From positions 62,001 to 126,000 of the forward strand of contig NW_003314427.1 in assembly GCF_000143415.4 (NCBI RefSeq): a stretch of DNA of 64,000 nt, in the 5' to 3' direction. The notes beneath the pieces are model-generated. The model saw only the letters and a program-made list of their open reading frames with translations. It made no database searches and was not told the DNA's origin. Of the stretch, positions 36,400-50,400 are shown one piece after another. The stretch's first letter is position 1. Each line of letters begins with the position of its first letter. This DNA is from Selaginella moellendorffii (taxonomy: Eukaryota > Plantae > Lycopodiophyta). Made by a program: the position numbers and the translations under genes.

Positions 36400-38280
36400 T
36401 TATTGGTCTATTGATTTTTTTTAAAAGCTTACAAGCTATATTTCTTTGTGGTGGAAGAACTATATTAAAGGTAATTCTAAGTTGACTTTTTGACGTGATT
36501 TTAAAAAAAAATTCCACAGTTTATTTGTCAAGAAGTTTGAAAAGGTTTACTAGTTGCTAAAAATCAAGTAAAGGGATGCATATCCCACAACTTTTGTGAT
36601 CTTTACTTTAGTCTTACAGCATTTATAATGAGCTACTAAAGAAAGTCAAGAAGGATATTCTAGTAGCATTGATAATAGACCTTTTTGCCAAAATCACTAG
36701 TCAACTTGGTCAATTATAGTCAACAAAATAGTCAACAGGGAAGTCAAAGTGATGATTAGCTAGCTGATGCTTCATATTCAGGGAAAAAACAACTATTATT
36801 GTGTTAGAGCTTGAAAAATGGAGATAACAAAAAAGCTAAAAGCTTTATTTGGACCAATAGAAGAAAATAAGATGGAGTGTAATTGTTTTTATTGCCATAA
36901 AGTTTTGGACATCATGGCAAAGATTGTCTTTTTATGAAGGTGCTAATGTGAATATGGAATTCATTATAAATACAACTCAAGAGTTTCCTATGGTGGCTCT
37001 TCCACATCTGGTGGTTAAAGTTTAAGAACCAAAATTTTAAGTTCATATCAACTCTCTGAAGTTTAATGGTTTTGTATACAATCAACTTGTGAAAGGTAAA
37101 AAAGACATTTAGGGTAATGAGATTAGCATTCTTTTTCATCCAAGTGCTATTAACAACTTTTTTAGCTCCAAGGTGATATAGAACTTTAGTTTATTTATGA
37201 AAAAGAATTTGGTAATCTACAAAGTAGTTATGGCCTTTGGACAAAGCATTCATGTTTATGGTGAATAAACTCTAAATGTTCTTTTATTGATTTAGAGATT
37301 ACCATCTTTCATCCTAGGTTATGGATTTTAGTCATATAGATGTTCTTCTTAGAAAGGAATGGTTTTATGACAAGAAGCTAAAGATTGATTGAGAGTGCAA
37401 TGTTCTATATATTGAAGTTGGTGGCATTGTGAAAGAAATTGTTAGGACAGACAATAATGATACTCTATTGATTATTGGTGAAGCATGAGATAGCTAATTT
37501 TTTCATGGTATACCCATTTTTTTTCTAATATAATCATGTTTGATTTGGAGGATGTTCATGAACATAAAGCTCATATGAACTACATTTAGGAGGAGTTTTG
37601 TAATACTAGATGAGTTACTTGATGATTTGCCCTCAGAACATGGGATTTAATATAAGATTGACTTGGTTCTTGGAGTTACTCCTTATCATTGACAGCCAAC
37701 TCATACTAATCCTGCTAAATTTAAGGACAACTTCTTGAGTACCTTCAGATAAGTTAGCTTTTTTTGTCTACCCTAGTGGTGATAGTTAAAAAGAAAAATG
37801 GTACATGGCATCTTTATATGAACTACAAGGGATTAAATGGTAGGATAGTGAAAAATATGTTCCCATTATATCAATTATTTTCTCAATCATCTTTATGGTG
37901 CTTAGTATTTTACAAAAATTGATTTAAGATAAAGGTATTATCAGATTTGTGTAAAGTCAGAAGATGTTTGAAGACCAAATTCCACATGACAACAGGTCAA
38001 TATGAGTTTTTAGTGATGCTATTTGACTTTTTAGAAGTTAAGTTTTACAGCTTTACTTGGGGAAGTTTATAATTAGTTATTTTGATAATATCTTAATGTT
38101 TAACTCTATAGTGGAGGAACATGAGATGCATATGCAAAGTTATCCAAGTATGAGTTTTTCTTGGAAGAGATTGGATATTTTAAACATTTGACTTTAGTGT
38201 ATAGTGTGAGAGTTAATCCTACAAAGATTCAAGTCATAGTTGATTGACTTATACCTTTGACAGTGCATGATATTGTAATT
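36400..38280 (+). mobile_element. Degenerate Ty3/gypsy gag-pol relic (a further family)
   Basis: Zinc knuckle CFYCHK..GHHGKDC at ~36883-36927; RT relic YYQI.VK.ED..KT.F....GQYEFLVM at ~37936-38020. Confidence 0.8.
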
Positions 38281-39799
38281 TCCTTTGTATATTGAGTAGT
38301 GGGAGATCCCTAACTATGCCTAGATGCTCAACACTTTACTGATCTCATGCTTTAGATGTATCTCCAAAACTCCATCTCTTCTCCCTGGCTTTTATACAAT
38401 ACCCAAGAATATTCCAGAAATTGGAATATTCTTTAGTTCTCTCGCTCTCTCTCAGGTGGCTAATGGCTCATGGATATGGCTTGCATTCCAATAGGTGACC
38501 ACGGTGGATCGAACATGCTTGCTGCATGAAGAGAAGCTCTCAGTCAAATGGTCTGATGTGATACCCATATTAGAGAACTATAAAAACTAGAGAAACCAAA
38601 ATAAAGAAAAGAAACAAAGGAAATGGAAAAAGGATAGAGTTTAGAGTTATAGGGAAAACCACATGGGGAAAACTGTGAGTGCAAACTGAACCCAAGTCTA
38701 TAAAGAAAAAGGAGAGAAAACCAAAGAAAATTAATGAAAATTGTGAAGACAGTGATTAGTGGAAAAAATAAATATAGAGAAGAGAATGGAAATCAAAGCT
38801 AGAAGAAGCACTCACTTGGATCACAACCTTATGGGTTCTCAAGCGTTCAGGAAGTTCTTCAAGTCGCCCAAGCTTGCAATGGAAAGATGAGAGAGATGTG
38901 TGTTTGGGATTTGGATAAGAAAAAGGTGTGGATGATGGGAAAAGGTGGTAGAAGGAACTGTGGATGTCAGGACTAGTAGCTGTGGTGTTGGAGTGCTTTG
39001 TGCATGTGATCACAATTGTTGCAATTGATGGTAAAATTTTATTGCTCCTTTTTGGTGGTGGGTACACCATCCATCCACCATGCCTGGGTTCTTGTGTGTG
39101 CATTAGGTCCAACCAGCTGGGAGAAATCAGCTTCTAAAGTTGAGATTTATGGTGGTTATCTATTTTTGTTGATCCACTTTGTAACTTGACTTTTGTATGT
39201 TCAAACTTGTTGAAACTCTACTGGCAGCTTTGTATGATCTGTCCCAATATAGTGATGGTTAAAAGTCCCAAAACTATAGTGTGCATGGCAAGATATGGAT
39301 GAAAATGTGAATTGGGCAAATGTAGCAAAAGATAGACAATAGTGTGGGAAGTGACTGTGACTGTGAAAGATGGGTATGAGTGAATCAAAGTGGTGAGAGT
39401 GGGATGTTGGAGAATGTGATATAGATTAAGGAGAAAAAGGAGTGATGCATAGCTTGGTAAACCTTGAGATCCCGGACGAAAGAGAGTAATGCCACCTCGA
39501 GAATTGGGATCCAAGAAAGAGACTTCTTCACAGTGATTAGGATCCTGGAAATTACAAAGAAAAGTAAAATATGAAAAGGAAAGAAAAAAGAAAAGAAAAA
39601 AAAGAAAAGAGTCACCATGTGAAGCGTTTGAGGAAGCAGTGATCTTATGCATATTGGAGCATGACACCATTTTCATCTGAGAGAACATAGGCACCCCCGC
39701 CAATGTGCCGTGTCATAAAAGAATGGCCCAGTCTATAGTGGTGAGAACCTGAAAGTTGGAGTGTGGTTCTAGAGCTTCACTAAGTTGCCATGTTAGAAT

Positions 39800-41690
39800 G
39801 GGCTGGCACGACATGAGATTGGTCTTGTTGTGTCTTGAGTTTGAGTTTGGTGCATTGGGCATGTCCTGCAGATATCTGAAGTTGTTCTTCCAGAGATAGA
39901 ATCTCCCATGCTCAGGCCTGTAGTATGTCCTCCATTATCCCAAACGGTGCCTCATGATGAAGAGAGAACAGAAGCAAGGGAACATGAAGCTCAATGGGGA
40001 GTATAGCTTCTGTCCCATACACCAAAGAGAATGGTGTTGCTGCAACTAATGTCTTGCACATTGTCTTAAATGCCTAGAGTACTGTGCAGAGATGTTTGTG
40101 CCATCTCTGAGGATGTCTGTCCACCAACTTTGCTGGCACTACCTTCATGATCTTGTTGTTGGATTCAGCCTGTCCTTTGGATTGAGGAAAATAGCTGCTA
40201 CTATGGACATGTTGAATCTTCAAGAGCTGGAGAAGGTGTTGAACGACCTGGCCTAGAAATCCTCCACCTTTGTCACTGTGGGGATGCTGAAGTGACACAC
40301 AATGTGCTCATAGATGAACTTTGCTGTTGAGTACTAATCTACACATCTGAGGGGAACAGCCTCAATCCATTTCGTGAAGTTTTGCAATGAGGAGATAGCA
40401 ATGTCCAATGAAGCTGAGAGGAGATGTTGGGCTGAAAAAATCTAGGCCCCACTTGAAGAATGGACTTGACGAAGACATGGGATGCTGCTCCTAGGGTTGT
40501 GTTGTTGGCATTATAAACCCTGTTGTGCATACTCCTTGGTGTCCTTGTGGATTGTTGGCCAGAAGTTGCCATGTAGAAGGAGTTGTGCTCTTATGTGAAA
40601 AGCTTAGTAGAGCAAGAATCTCAGTCACTATGACACATCGGAGAAGAAGGCCCTGAGCAATACGATGGTATAGTGTGCTGTTGAAGGCAATAGTCTCGGA
40701 CCTGCCACTGCAAAGCTTGTTGTTCCAAGTGTGGGAGGTCTGATGGAGTGCCTATCTCCAAATACTTCGCTACATTCTCCAAAGCTGTCAGCACTACAAA
40801 CATCATCTCTGTTGTCACAGCAATTGTGAACTGATTGGGATTGAGTACACGTTGCTTTTTGAGGATAAACTTTGGTTGGAACTCCTGGATGGTGGAGATC
40901 CAGGTAGTCTTACACCTGATCTTCCTCACCTCATCCTGGAAGCCATCATTGCTTGCTTTCTTGATCCTGCGGTTTCTTGTTCGATTTCCTCCTCGAGTTC
41001 CAAAGCAAACTCATTTTCTTCCTGGTTCAATTTGCTGCTCTAGCTCCATGGCAAACTATCCAACTCATCTTGGGCCCGTTGTGGATCACTCCTCCCCTTC
41101 AAGACCCAAAAGCATCCTCACTGTTGTCCATTTTGAAATCTTTTCAGGAATTCCTTGAGATCCTCATCTTCCTCACTGGAATCGATGTGGACTTCCTCCC
41201 TACCTGTGCCACATGTGTGCTGGAGCAGGGTTCATGTTCAATATCTTCCATGAGAAGCTCGAGAAAGACAAAGCGTTGGTGTCAAAGCCCTAGCAACGAC
41301 TAGTCGCTGCCGGTCAACAGTGACTGCAGTCACCAGGGAACTTTAGCCATTAAGCCCTTGCTATTGCTGCTGTTGCTTGGTTCTCTTTTTGGGGCATTTC
41401 ATGCTGACATTACAATTTTTCTTGGCATTTGTAGTGCAACTGTGTGTGAATTTATGTTGTAACAAGGCTAGATAATTTGATGATTGTTGAATTTGTCAAA
41501 CTTTCCTTGTTAATAGCAATGCTGTTGTTTCAATTTATCCTCAACACTCCCAAATGAGACATGTGGCTGTGAAGTTGAAAAGTCCCAGACTGGGTAATCT
41601 TTTGAGATGGTGTAAATTGTTGATGATCACTTGGAGTTACTTGACAATCAAAAATCTCAAGAGAAATAAAAATAAAGGTTTTAAATTGCA
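39800..41690 (-). mobile_element. Degenerate retrotransposon relic containing integrase core
   Basis: HSDKGGGF...HSSSYFPQSKGQAESNNK...W (ORF 40074..40298); the upstream part is repeated at 14925-15092 and 55000-55905. Confidence 0.7.
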
Positions 41691-41732
41691 TAACACTGAC
41701 CTTTAATAAACTGTTACAAGTTCACGTATATA

Positions 41733-44260
41733 CTATACGATGACAAATTCACTGGAGATTCCCGTGAAGTTGTCAATCTTTCCCATGAGAGCTTTGGAGG
41801 CGCCAAAGAGTCGAAGCCTATACGTCCCTGCCAATGCATCCTTTGGAACTTTCCATTTGATTGTTGCCGACGGTCTCTTCCACACGAACTGGACGCTCCA
41901 GTCATCGTCGTCGTAAGCTGGAGTCCAAACGCCTGGAGCACTTTGGAACTCCACCATGGTGTAGCTTGCCTCCGTCATAAGGTTGTTCCTCGGGGAGCCG
42001 GACCAGAAGGTGGCCTCCACGCTGTCCCCAGCTCTAAACGAAGCGTTCCTGGCGACATCTCTGCTGACGTCTCCAAATTTGATGCCGGCTGGAGTGGTGT
42101 CTGGGATCACTTCTGGGAGTAAGGAGATTTGCTTACTGATCAAGTCCGGTGGTGATGGTCCTTTGGCAACTTGAGTGTCGAGAACTAGTGCCTCGGCTAG
42201 CTTCTTAAACTCTTGAATATAAGCACTCAGTGTGTGAGGCCCATACAACGTCGAAGCACCCTATAAAAACATTTGCTTAAGCCTCTCGAAACAAGGAAGA
42301 TCCGTTAGTTACCTCGTAGCGTTGGATCTGATACTCCTCAAAAGTTGTCACGTAGGATGAATAGGCATTCGTGAGGCCCGATATAACAATCCGAACTTCT
42401 TTGTCATACTTTCCGTTGCTCTTCTCGACCAAGGTAGCCTTCACTGCATCTTTCAAGCGTCGTCCAGCCATGGTGGTAAACTCTGGGCATAGCAAATTAA
42501 AGTCGTCAATTATAGCGTTGTCCAATTGATAGCGGAAAGTGTGTTACCAGAAGGGACTGATAAAATGAAGAGTTGGCCAACTTGGAGGATCTGGATTGGA
42601 AGGATCGCTGGCTGCAAGAATCACTTAGATGCAAAAGAAAATAAATTCTGGAACTTCTTACAGCCCAGTCATACGGAAAAAGCATCTCTCCAGTGTCGAG
42701 AAGAACTGGTTTCGGGCTTTGACAGGCTACTTGCTTTTCGGTTGGTTTCCTCAGCAAGTCACGAACAGCTTTCCAGAATGGATTTCCCTGTAATTTCAGG
42801 TCAGCTCCAAATCGAGAACGAATACAGCAACTTACGTCAGTGTCTCCTTGCTTGAAGTCAAAAGCTCCTGGCCCGTCTGTCGTCCCAGCAGCAAAACTAA
42901 ATCCCATGGCAGCAGGACAAGTCGTCGCCGACTGTGCTGCTATGCTAATGTTGGTAAAATCTACGTAGCTTTGTCTGTAATTCACTGGTCCCTTCAGCAA
43001 ATCTTTTGCATTCGCAAACAGCTCGATTGCGCTTTCCATCTGTCGCGTTGCTATAATCTCTGTGCTGGCAAAGTGGTCTGGGTAACTGGAATACAAAAGC
43101 TATAGGCGCAGAAGTGTCATCAAACGTAAAAACTCACCCTGGTCCTCGAGCAATGCACAACTCGTTGCTACCGTTACAAGTGCTATGGTTGAAATCGCAG
43201 CGTAGATTTGTGTCGCCACAGAAGGCACCTAGAGTATTTGGAGATACGTCGCCTTCATTTGTCTGGGCAAAAGCGGCCACAAAAGAAGTCTTGCTCCTCA
43301 CACGACTTGTGTTGGCTGAAGGCTCCCGCTTCACTGATCGATGGTCAAACCAGTCTTCCATAAAGCGAGAAGCAGCACCTTTGTTGTCACCGCTTACCAA
43401 AGTATTCGTGTTGTTCATTGAAGTACAGTGGACAGGAAACCAGTTCACAGTGCCAACAGGACCATGCTGCGCGTCTACAAGCTTCAAAAGAAGCATGCTT
43501 TTGTCGACGTCGTACTTGTATCTCTTTCTTTCTTCGGCAGGGTTGTTTAAATAAGCACTGGGGCTTCTGTTGATGTTAGCATCCAAAATTTCTCCTGAAA
43601 AAGAGGGGGAAAAAATAAAAAAACATAAAGTGTGAGGAGGCTATTCAACGCAGACTTGAAAGATAACCTTCGTTCACGAAGATCGAACCGGGCTTCAAGT
43701 TGTGATGAGCTTGAGTGATACTTGCCACGGCCCCGTCAACAATAGCATCAAATGACTGTTTCACGAATCCGAGGGATGTTATACTATACAGGAGGTACTG
43801 CAAGTAGCCACCGGGTCCTGAATGCGTATGTATACCACTCAATGCCACATTCTTCTCAGTGTACAAATCCCCGTACCTGGAGTCAGCAATGAGAGAGCAT
43901 TTCACAATAGCTAGCTCATTACCTTGTCTTGAGCTTGGAAAGCACAGCAGTAGTCACAGCTTGCGAGGCCATGCACGCGTCGAGGCTCACGTAGGCGATC
44001 CTGTTCCCGTCGTTTCCTGCTTCTGCAACGATGAAGGCTCTCGATCTTAGCCTGAGATGAATTCCCGCAGCATTCTGTTTTGGATTTGCGTATCCCATCA
44101 TGTTGACATCGGCTGCAGGACCTGTTATGTCGTAGCTCCCCGCTCCAAGAAGATAGTCCGCTTTGCAACGGTAGACCATCAAGGATGCTACAAGGAAAAC
44201 AAGCATCTTGAAAAACGCCCCCGAAAATACATGCTGATCAACAGCTCGTTTCGACTCCAT
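41733..44260 (-). CDS. NCER: Neutral/alkaline non-lysosomal ceramidase, multi-exon
   Basis: YLLGAGSYDITGPAADVNMMGYA, GIHTHSGPGG, VHCTSM, catalytic GDVSPN, FAAGTTDGPGAFDF, EFTTMAGRRL, YEGASTLYGPHTL; N-terminal signal/anchor. Start may be ATG 44260 or 44206. Confidence 0.96.
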
Positions 44261-44613
44261 AATTTTGGCTTGAGCCTCGCACAAACCGTCGTCGACAGCG
44301 ACCAAAGAACGAGCATTTGGCTTGCCGTCTGAGCTGGACGAGTCTCTTTCTTGGATCGATTAGGCCAAGAACTATGCACGAGAGGAGATGAAGCGTTCAG
44401 CTTGTCATATACGATGTCCGGAAAGATCCTAACGAAAACGACAAGGATCAGAACAATAAGATGCTAAATCGACTTGCCTGATTCTTCTGGCATTTCGGAA
44501 AAGAAAGAACAAAAGGTTTCAAACAAGATGCTGCATCCACCAACTTATGAATGACGATGAAAATTTACCAACCAGGTAAGTGTTTTTTTTCTCCCTCCAG
44601 AGCAAAGGACTAC

Positions 44614-46574
44614 TCAAACAAGCGCTGACAGTTGTCTCCTCAAATTGTCAGATTCTCCACACGGCCCGATTAATCTGTCTAGACGATCTGGAAGCACGGA
44701 GAATATTTAAAAAGGAACGTTTGCGAGAATAAAGAAAAAAAAAATACTCACCATTGAGCTGGAGAAGTGCTTTCCCAATATCAGTAAGAAAACCGTTCCA
44801 CTCTGCGTTGTTGCTTTTCGTGGAGGTCGGGTCGTCTTTAAACTCCACCAACTTGCGGGCGGGGGCGCATGAGAAGTGCTGTAAGTCATCAGTGCTAGTT
44901 GCGTCACTGCTATAACCCACTGGCCTTTCGGCGGTTGACCATCTCAAGTCATCAGTGCTAGTGCTACAAGAGATACACCTGTTGCCGTCTTGATCATCGT
45001 GATTCCAACTTGACGGCTCCAAGTTGAGGGAGCTCGGCGTGACCGGTGTGACTGGCGAGAAGGGCGCTGTTTCAAGCGAAGAAAGTAGTGACTGAGAGGC
45101 CAGCTTTGTGTTCGATAAGAGCGAATTTGTCCTTGTCCCTAATGAGTACCTCTCCGCATCGGATACTCTCTTTGCTTTTGGTGTGCACACCCCCTGCCCT
45201 GTGAGCTCCTTTCTCGAGGGCCAACTCTTCCTCTTCCACTTTCGACTGTAGTGCCTAGTTGGAGACTTCGTGGAGACGGGAAATCGTGATTCTGTTGCAT
45301 ACTGCCCCTTCTCGAGAACTCCCAAAAGAGAGGACTTTCCACTTTCCCTGAGGTCAACGAACTTTAGAATCCCCCACTCGCTCATGACATCGTTGAGCAG
45401 TTTCTGGCTCTCGAGATCCAGGTTATTTCCCCTGACATCCAGTGCTGGCAGACAAAAATCCACAACAAACAAGATCAGATTCTGGGGACTCATGATGGAG
45501 AATATATCTTATTACCTTCGATGGATGGCCCAAGGCGGAATATCGTACACATTTCCCTCACGGACGCTACTGTTAAGATGTTCCACGACAGATCGAGAAC
45601 CCGCAGCCCGCATCTGTTCACACTGCGGCCTGGCATTTGTCTGTAGACGCGCAGGCTGTTTTGCCAATCTTCTTGAATTTTCCGAGACAGATTTGCCTGT
45701 CGCATGGCCAAACACGATAGAGAAAAAGGAAGAAAACCATAGAATGGAATAAATAAATCACAGACCTTGAGGATAGATGTCAAAACTGGAGCTACAGCAT
45801 CAGTAAGATTGCATCCTGCAAGACAGAGCACCTGCAGGGATGCACAATCACGAAATCCTCTAGCCTGCGTAATTTGATCACTCGAAAACAACATCAGTGT
45901 TTAGTCAGAGGCAAAATGCTTTCTTTTCATCTTACCAGGAGATGAAGGTTAGAATCTCCAAGCCCACTGTTTGCAAAAGACAGACGCTTTAGTGTCTTGG
46001 ACAAGCCTGAAAGAACCATAGACCATCTTTAAGCCTTTTCCAAGTTCAAGAAAAACACGAAAAAAGTTTAGGCCTAGCTTACATAGCGCATGAACGAGAA
46101 GCTGTAAGTCTCGTTTACACAAAGAAAATCCAAGCTCCAAATGCTGCAGCCACCCCCCTGAAGAGACTGACCACGCCAAAGCTCTGGAAAAGAACAATGT
46201 AAGAAGTAAAAAAAAAAAACACTAAAAGAAAGAAATCACTGACCTGGAGAAGTTGAACATGGCGTCAGCATGTCTGGGACTGAGAAAGGTGAATCGAGGC
46301 TCTGAGGAACACCAAAATCTTCCATCATAGACAAAAAAAAAATCACTGGCGCTTACCAGCGTTGCGGCCAATCGAAAGCTCCAAGCTCGAAATCCTGCCG
46401 TCCTTGAGCGCCAGCGCAAGGGACGCGAAATCCGAGGCCTTCAACTCCTGCAAATCCCTCTGCCAGGCAAGAAACACGGATTACCCCCCTAGCTCCCGGC
46501 GATCGACCCATCCCTAGCTAGGAAGCGCGAATCCCATCGCTCACCTTGACGCTTTGAACGGCCGGAGAGCGCAT
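44614..46574 (-). CDS. Leucine-rich-repeat protein, CEP78-like (centriolar), multi-exon
   Basis: RI-type LRRs (LQVLCLAGCNLTD, LRVLDLSWN, ALDVRGNNL) with the intervening EDWQNSLR...GLR segment reminiscent of CEP78 (W.ESLR...GLRRI.LN.N). Ser-rich tail ending in a short coiled coil; consistent short GT-AG introns. Confidence 0.6.
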
Positions 46575-47438
46575 TTTTCCTCGTCGACGTTAGGGCTAAA
46601 CAGAGGACACGTGGGCAAGTTAGGGTTAGGGCAAGCGCGTTATTTTAACCTCCTTTTTGGCGCACAAAGAATGATGTCCCGGAAAACCGTTGGAGGACGG
46701 CACCACCATCCATTTTTTCCGCACGAATGATTCCATTCCATGCCCCCCACATAATTGAGCCCTAATTTCCCTTTTTCCTTCTCTCTGAGGCCACGAAATC
46801 GCCCCTTGGCAATTTCGTGGCTTAGAAATCCTTTGACAAAATCTCGCTACCAAATGCTTGCGTCTTTGCTTCAAGCTTTCCCATCCCATCCAATCCAAAC
46901 GCTTCTTATCTACAATGCCTGTGGTGCCAAAAAAGAGGGCAAAAATCTTCTGCGTCCACAGGAATTTCTCCTCTTTTTCTCCAACTTTCTCTCTCGATCG
47001 CGCGCTCGTAATAATGCAGCCGTGAGCGTGGGTGTTTTATCGCTCTCCAGATTTTACCCTCGCCCGGTATAATGGCATATGCCTTGGGAGATGCGCTCCC
47101 AAATTGGGAAGAAGCTCTTGGAGCAAAATTTTTAGCCGCTCTCCCCAATTTTTTTTTCCCCCTCGCCTCCTTTTCCTTTTTTTCCCGTTCGCTGTAAACT
47201 ATAAAGCTCTCGCTCGCTCCCGAGGTTTGGTTTGGTTACTAGGATTTCTTTCTTCTTGTGCTTCCTCTCATCGCCATCGCTTCGTCGCTCTTGCGTCCTC
47301 TCTCTTTTTTCCTCCTCTCTCTCGCGGCGCTGGCACTGTGCGATTGAGCGATTGATGATCGGCCAAATCGGCCTCGAATAGCGATCGATTGATCGCGGGT
47401 TCGATTCGATCCCGTAATATTTCGATCGATCGATCCCA

Positions 47439-50400
47439 ATGCCGCAGTATCCACCTCTCAATTCCCAGGACGATGATCCAGCCGGCAAGCCCCAGCCGCG
47501 GCGCAAGGAGGCGGCAGTAGCAGCGGCGGCGCCATTCGTCCCGCCCAATCTCAATCTCCCGCCCTCGCTCGCCTCCTCCCGGGTGGAGCGCCTCGTCCGC
47601 GAGAGGCAGCTGCGGCGGAGCGAGCGCGCATCGGCATCCGAGGACGCCATCGACGAGGACGACGCCGCGGATCAGCCGCAAGAACAGCCGCCGGCCGATA
47701 ATATTTCGCTCGAGCAACAGCCGCGCGACGATAATCCGCCGCCATCGCAGCAGCAGCAGGAGGATCTTCCGGCCGATCAGGGAGGGGGCGAGAAGCAGCG
47801 CCTGCTTGTAGTCGCGAATCGATTGCCCGTGTCGGCGACGAGGAAGGGGGACACACAATGGAGCTTGGAAGTCAGTGCTGGAGGGCTTGTCAGCGCATTG
47901 CTTGGTACGTTGTGTTCTTCCATTCTTCTCTCCTTCTAGCTACCTAGGGCATTTAAATGGGAGCGAGTACCCTAAATTTGCTCTCTTTGAACAGGAGTGA
48001 AGCAGTTCCAGGTCATCTGGATTGGCTGGCCTGGCGTCTACGTCCAAGACGATGTGGGGCGTCAGTCGCTGGCGCAAGCTCTCGAAGAGAAGGTAAGCCT
48101 TTGCTGGATCGAATTTCTTTCTTGGTAGGAGTCGTATCGTCTTCCAATTTCCATGAGTGAATTAGAGGAGTTCATCGTTTTTTTTGCTAGATTCTATGAG
48201 CCAGCTATGCATTCTTTGTTGTTGTTGTGCTTCTTCTTCTTCCGGAAGGGACTCTTGTACACTGCCTGAATTTTTTTTCCCTTTCTGTTAAATTCTTTGC
48301 AGGGATTTGTCGGGGTTTTGCTCGATGAGACCACGGTCGATCAGTATTATAATGGCTACTGCAACAACGTTTTGTGGCCACTGTTTCACTACATTGGGCT
48401 TCGTCAGGAGGACAGGCTTGCCGCTACCCGGAGCTTGCAGTCGCAATTTAACGCGTACAAGCGTGCTAACCGGCTGTTTGCGGATGCAGTCATCAAAAAC
48501 TACCAGGAAGGAGATTTCGTTTGGTGCCATGATTATCATCTCATGGTTCTTCCGAGCTATCTCAAGGAGTATAACAGCCACATGAAAGTGGGATGGTTCC
48601 TTCATACGCCTTTTCCTTCCTCCGAGATTTATAGAACTTTGCCACTGCGCGCAGAGTTGCTCCAGGGAGTTCTTGCAGCAGACTTAGTCGGGTAAGCTTT
48701 CTCGTTTATTCATGCGACTTCACGTTTTCATCGAGCATTGCTCCTGTTATGTAGATTTCACACCTACGACTATGCAAGGCATTTCGTCAGCGCCTGCACA
48801 AGGATACTGGGCCTGGAAGGTACTCCCGAGGGAGTGGAAGATCAAGGAAAGATAACCCGAGTTGCAGCGGTACTGCCCGTCTACCCTTATATTCAGACGC
48901 TCTGATTTTTCAAGTTTGTAGTTCCCTGTTGGAATCGACTCCGAGAGGTTCACTCACGCCGTGGAGACGGAAGCTGTAAAGCAACATATTCAGGAGTTGA
49001 GCGCTCGCTTTGCTGGGCGCAAGGTTTGACTCTTTGTATCAGCGAAACTAGTCTTTTACGTGTTTTTGCATACCAGGTTATGCTCGGCGTAGACAGGCTT
49101 GACATGATTAAAGGAATTCCGCAAAAATTGCTTGCCTTCGAAAAGTTTTTAGAGGAGAATCCAGAGTGGCGTGACAAGGTTATTTTGGTCCAAATTGCTG
49201 TTCCGACGAGGACGGACGTGTTGGAATGTATGGCTCTTTTGCTTTTCTGTATTTTGCATTCTAAAGTCTTTCTTCCTTGGCAGACCAGAAGCTAGCAAGT
49301 CAGGTTCATGAGATAGTTGGTCGCATCAACGGTCGTTATGGATCTCTTACGACGGTCCCGATTCACCACCTTGTAAGGTTTTAAATTCCATCGCCTTGGA
49401 AGATATCCATAAATGTCTAATGCAGGATCGATCAATGAAGTTTCCAGAGTTGTGTGCCCTTTACGCCATCACCGGTGCGTTTTTCTTTGATTTGTTCTTT
49501 CTCGTTTTTCTTTCTGTTTTGTTTTTCTTTATCCGCTCAATTATTGTGTGAACAGATGTGTTGCTTGTCACTTCGCTGCGGGATGGCATGAACCTTGTGA
49601 GCTACGAGTTTGTGGCTTGTCAAAATGTCAAGAAAGGCGCTCTTGTTCTTAGCGAGGTACGTTCTCTCTTAGTAGTGCTAATTAAGAATGCTGGTGAACT
49701 ATAGTTTGCAGGCGCTGCTCAATCTCTTGGTGCTGGCTCCATCCTGATAAACCCTTGGAACATCATTGAATCTGCCAACGCAATTGCGGAAGCACTGAAC
49801 ATGCCAGAGGAGGAAAGGGAAGAACGCCATCGTCATAACTTCATGCACGTTACGACTCATAGTGCTCAGGTGTGGGCAGAAACGTTTACGAGGCAAGTTC
49901 TACTCTTTTCTTTTCTTTTTTTAAACTCACGCACCTATTCAACCAGTGAAATGAACGACTCTATTTTGGAGGCTGAGTTGCGTACTCTGCACATTCCTCC
50001 CCAACTGCCAACGGAAAAGGCCATCGCTAACTATTCAGCATCGAAGAATCGTCTCATGATTCTGGTAACGTAGTGCTATATTTCACCATCATAAACTGAC
50101 GGCTGCCTGCGATCCAGGGATTCAACTCTACGTTAACTGCGCAAATTGAAGCTCCACGTGGAAGAGCCCCTGATCAAATTAGAGAGATGAAGATACGCCT
50201 GCATCCTAATCTCAAAGAGGTGTTCAACGTCTTATGCACTGATCCAAAGACCACTATAGTAATTCTGAGCGGAAGCGAGCGTGCCGTATTGGATGAGGTA
50301 CTTCGCTGTTCTATTGGAGTATAGGATCACTCGCGATATTTTGCAGGCCTTTGGCGAGTTTGACATGTGGCTGGCAGCAGAGAATGGGATGTTTCTTCGC

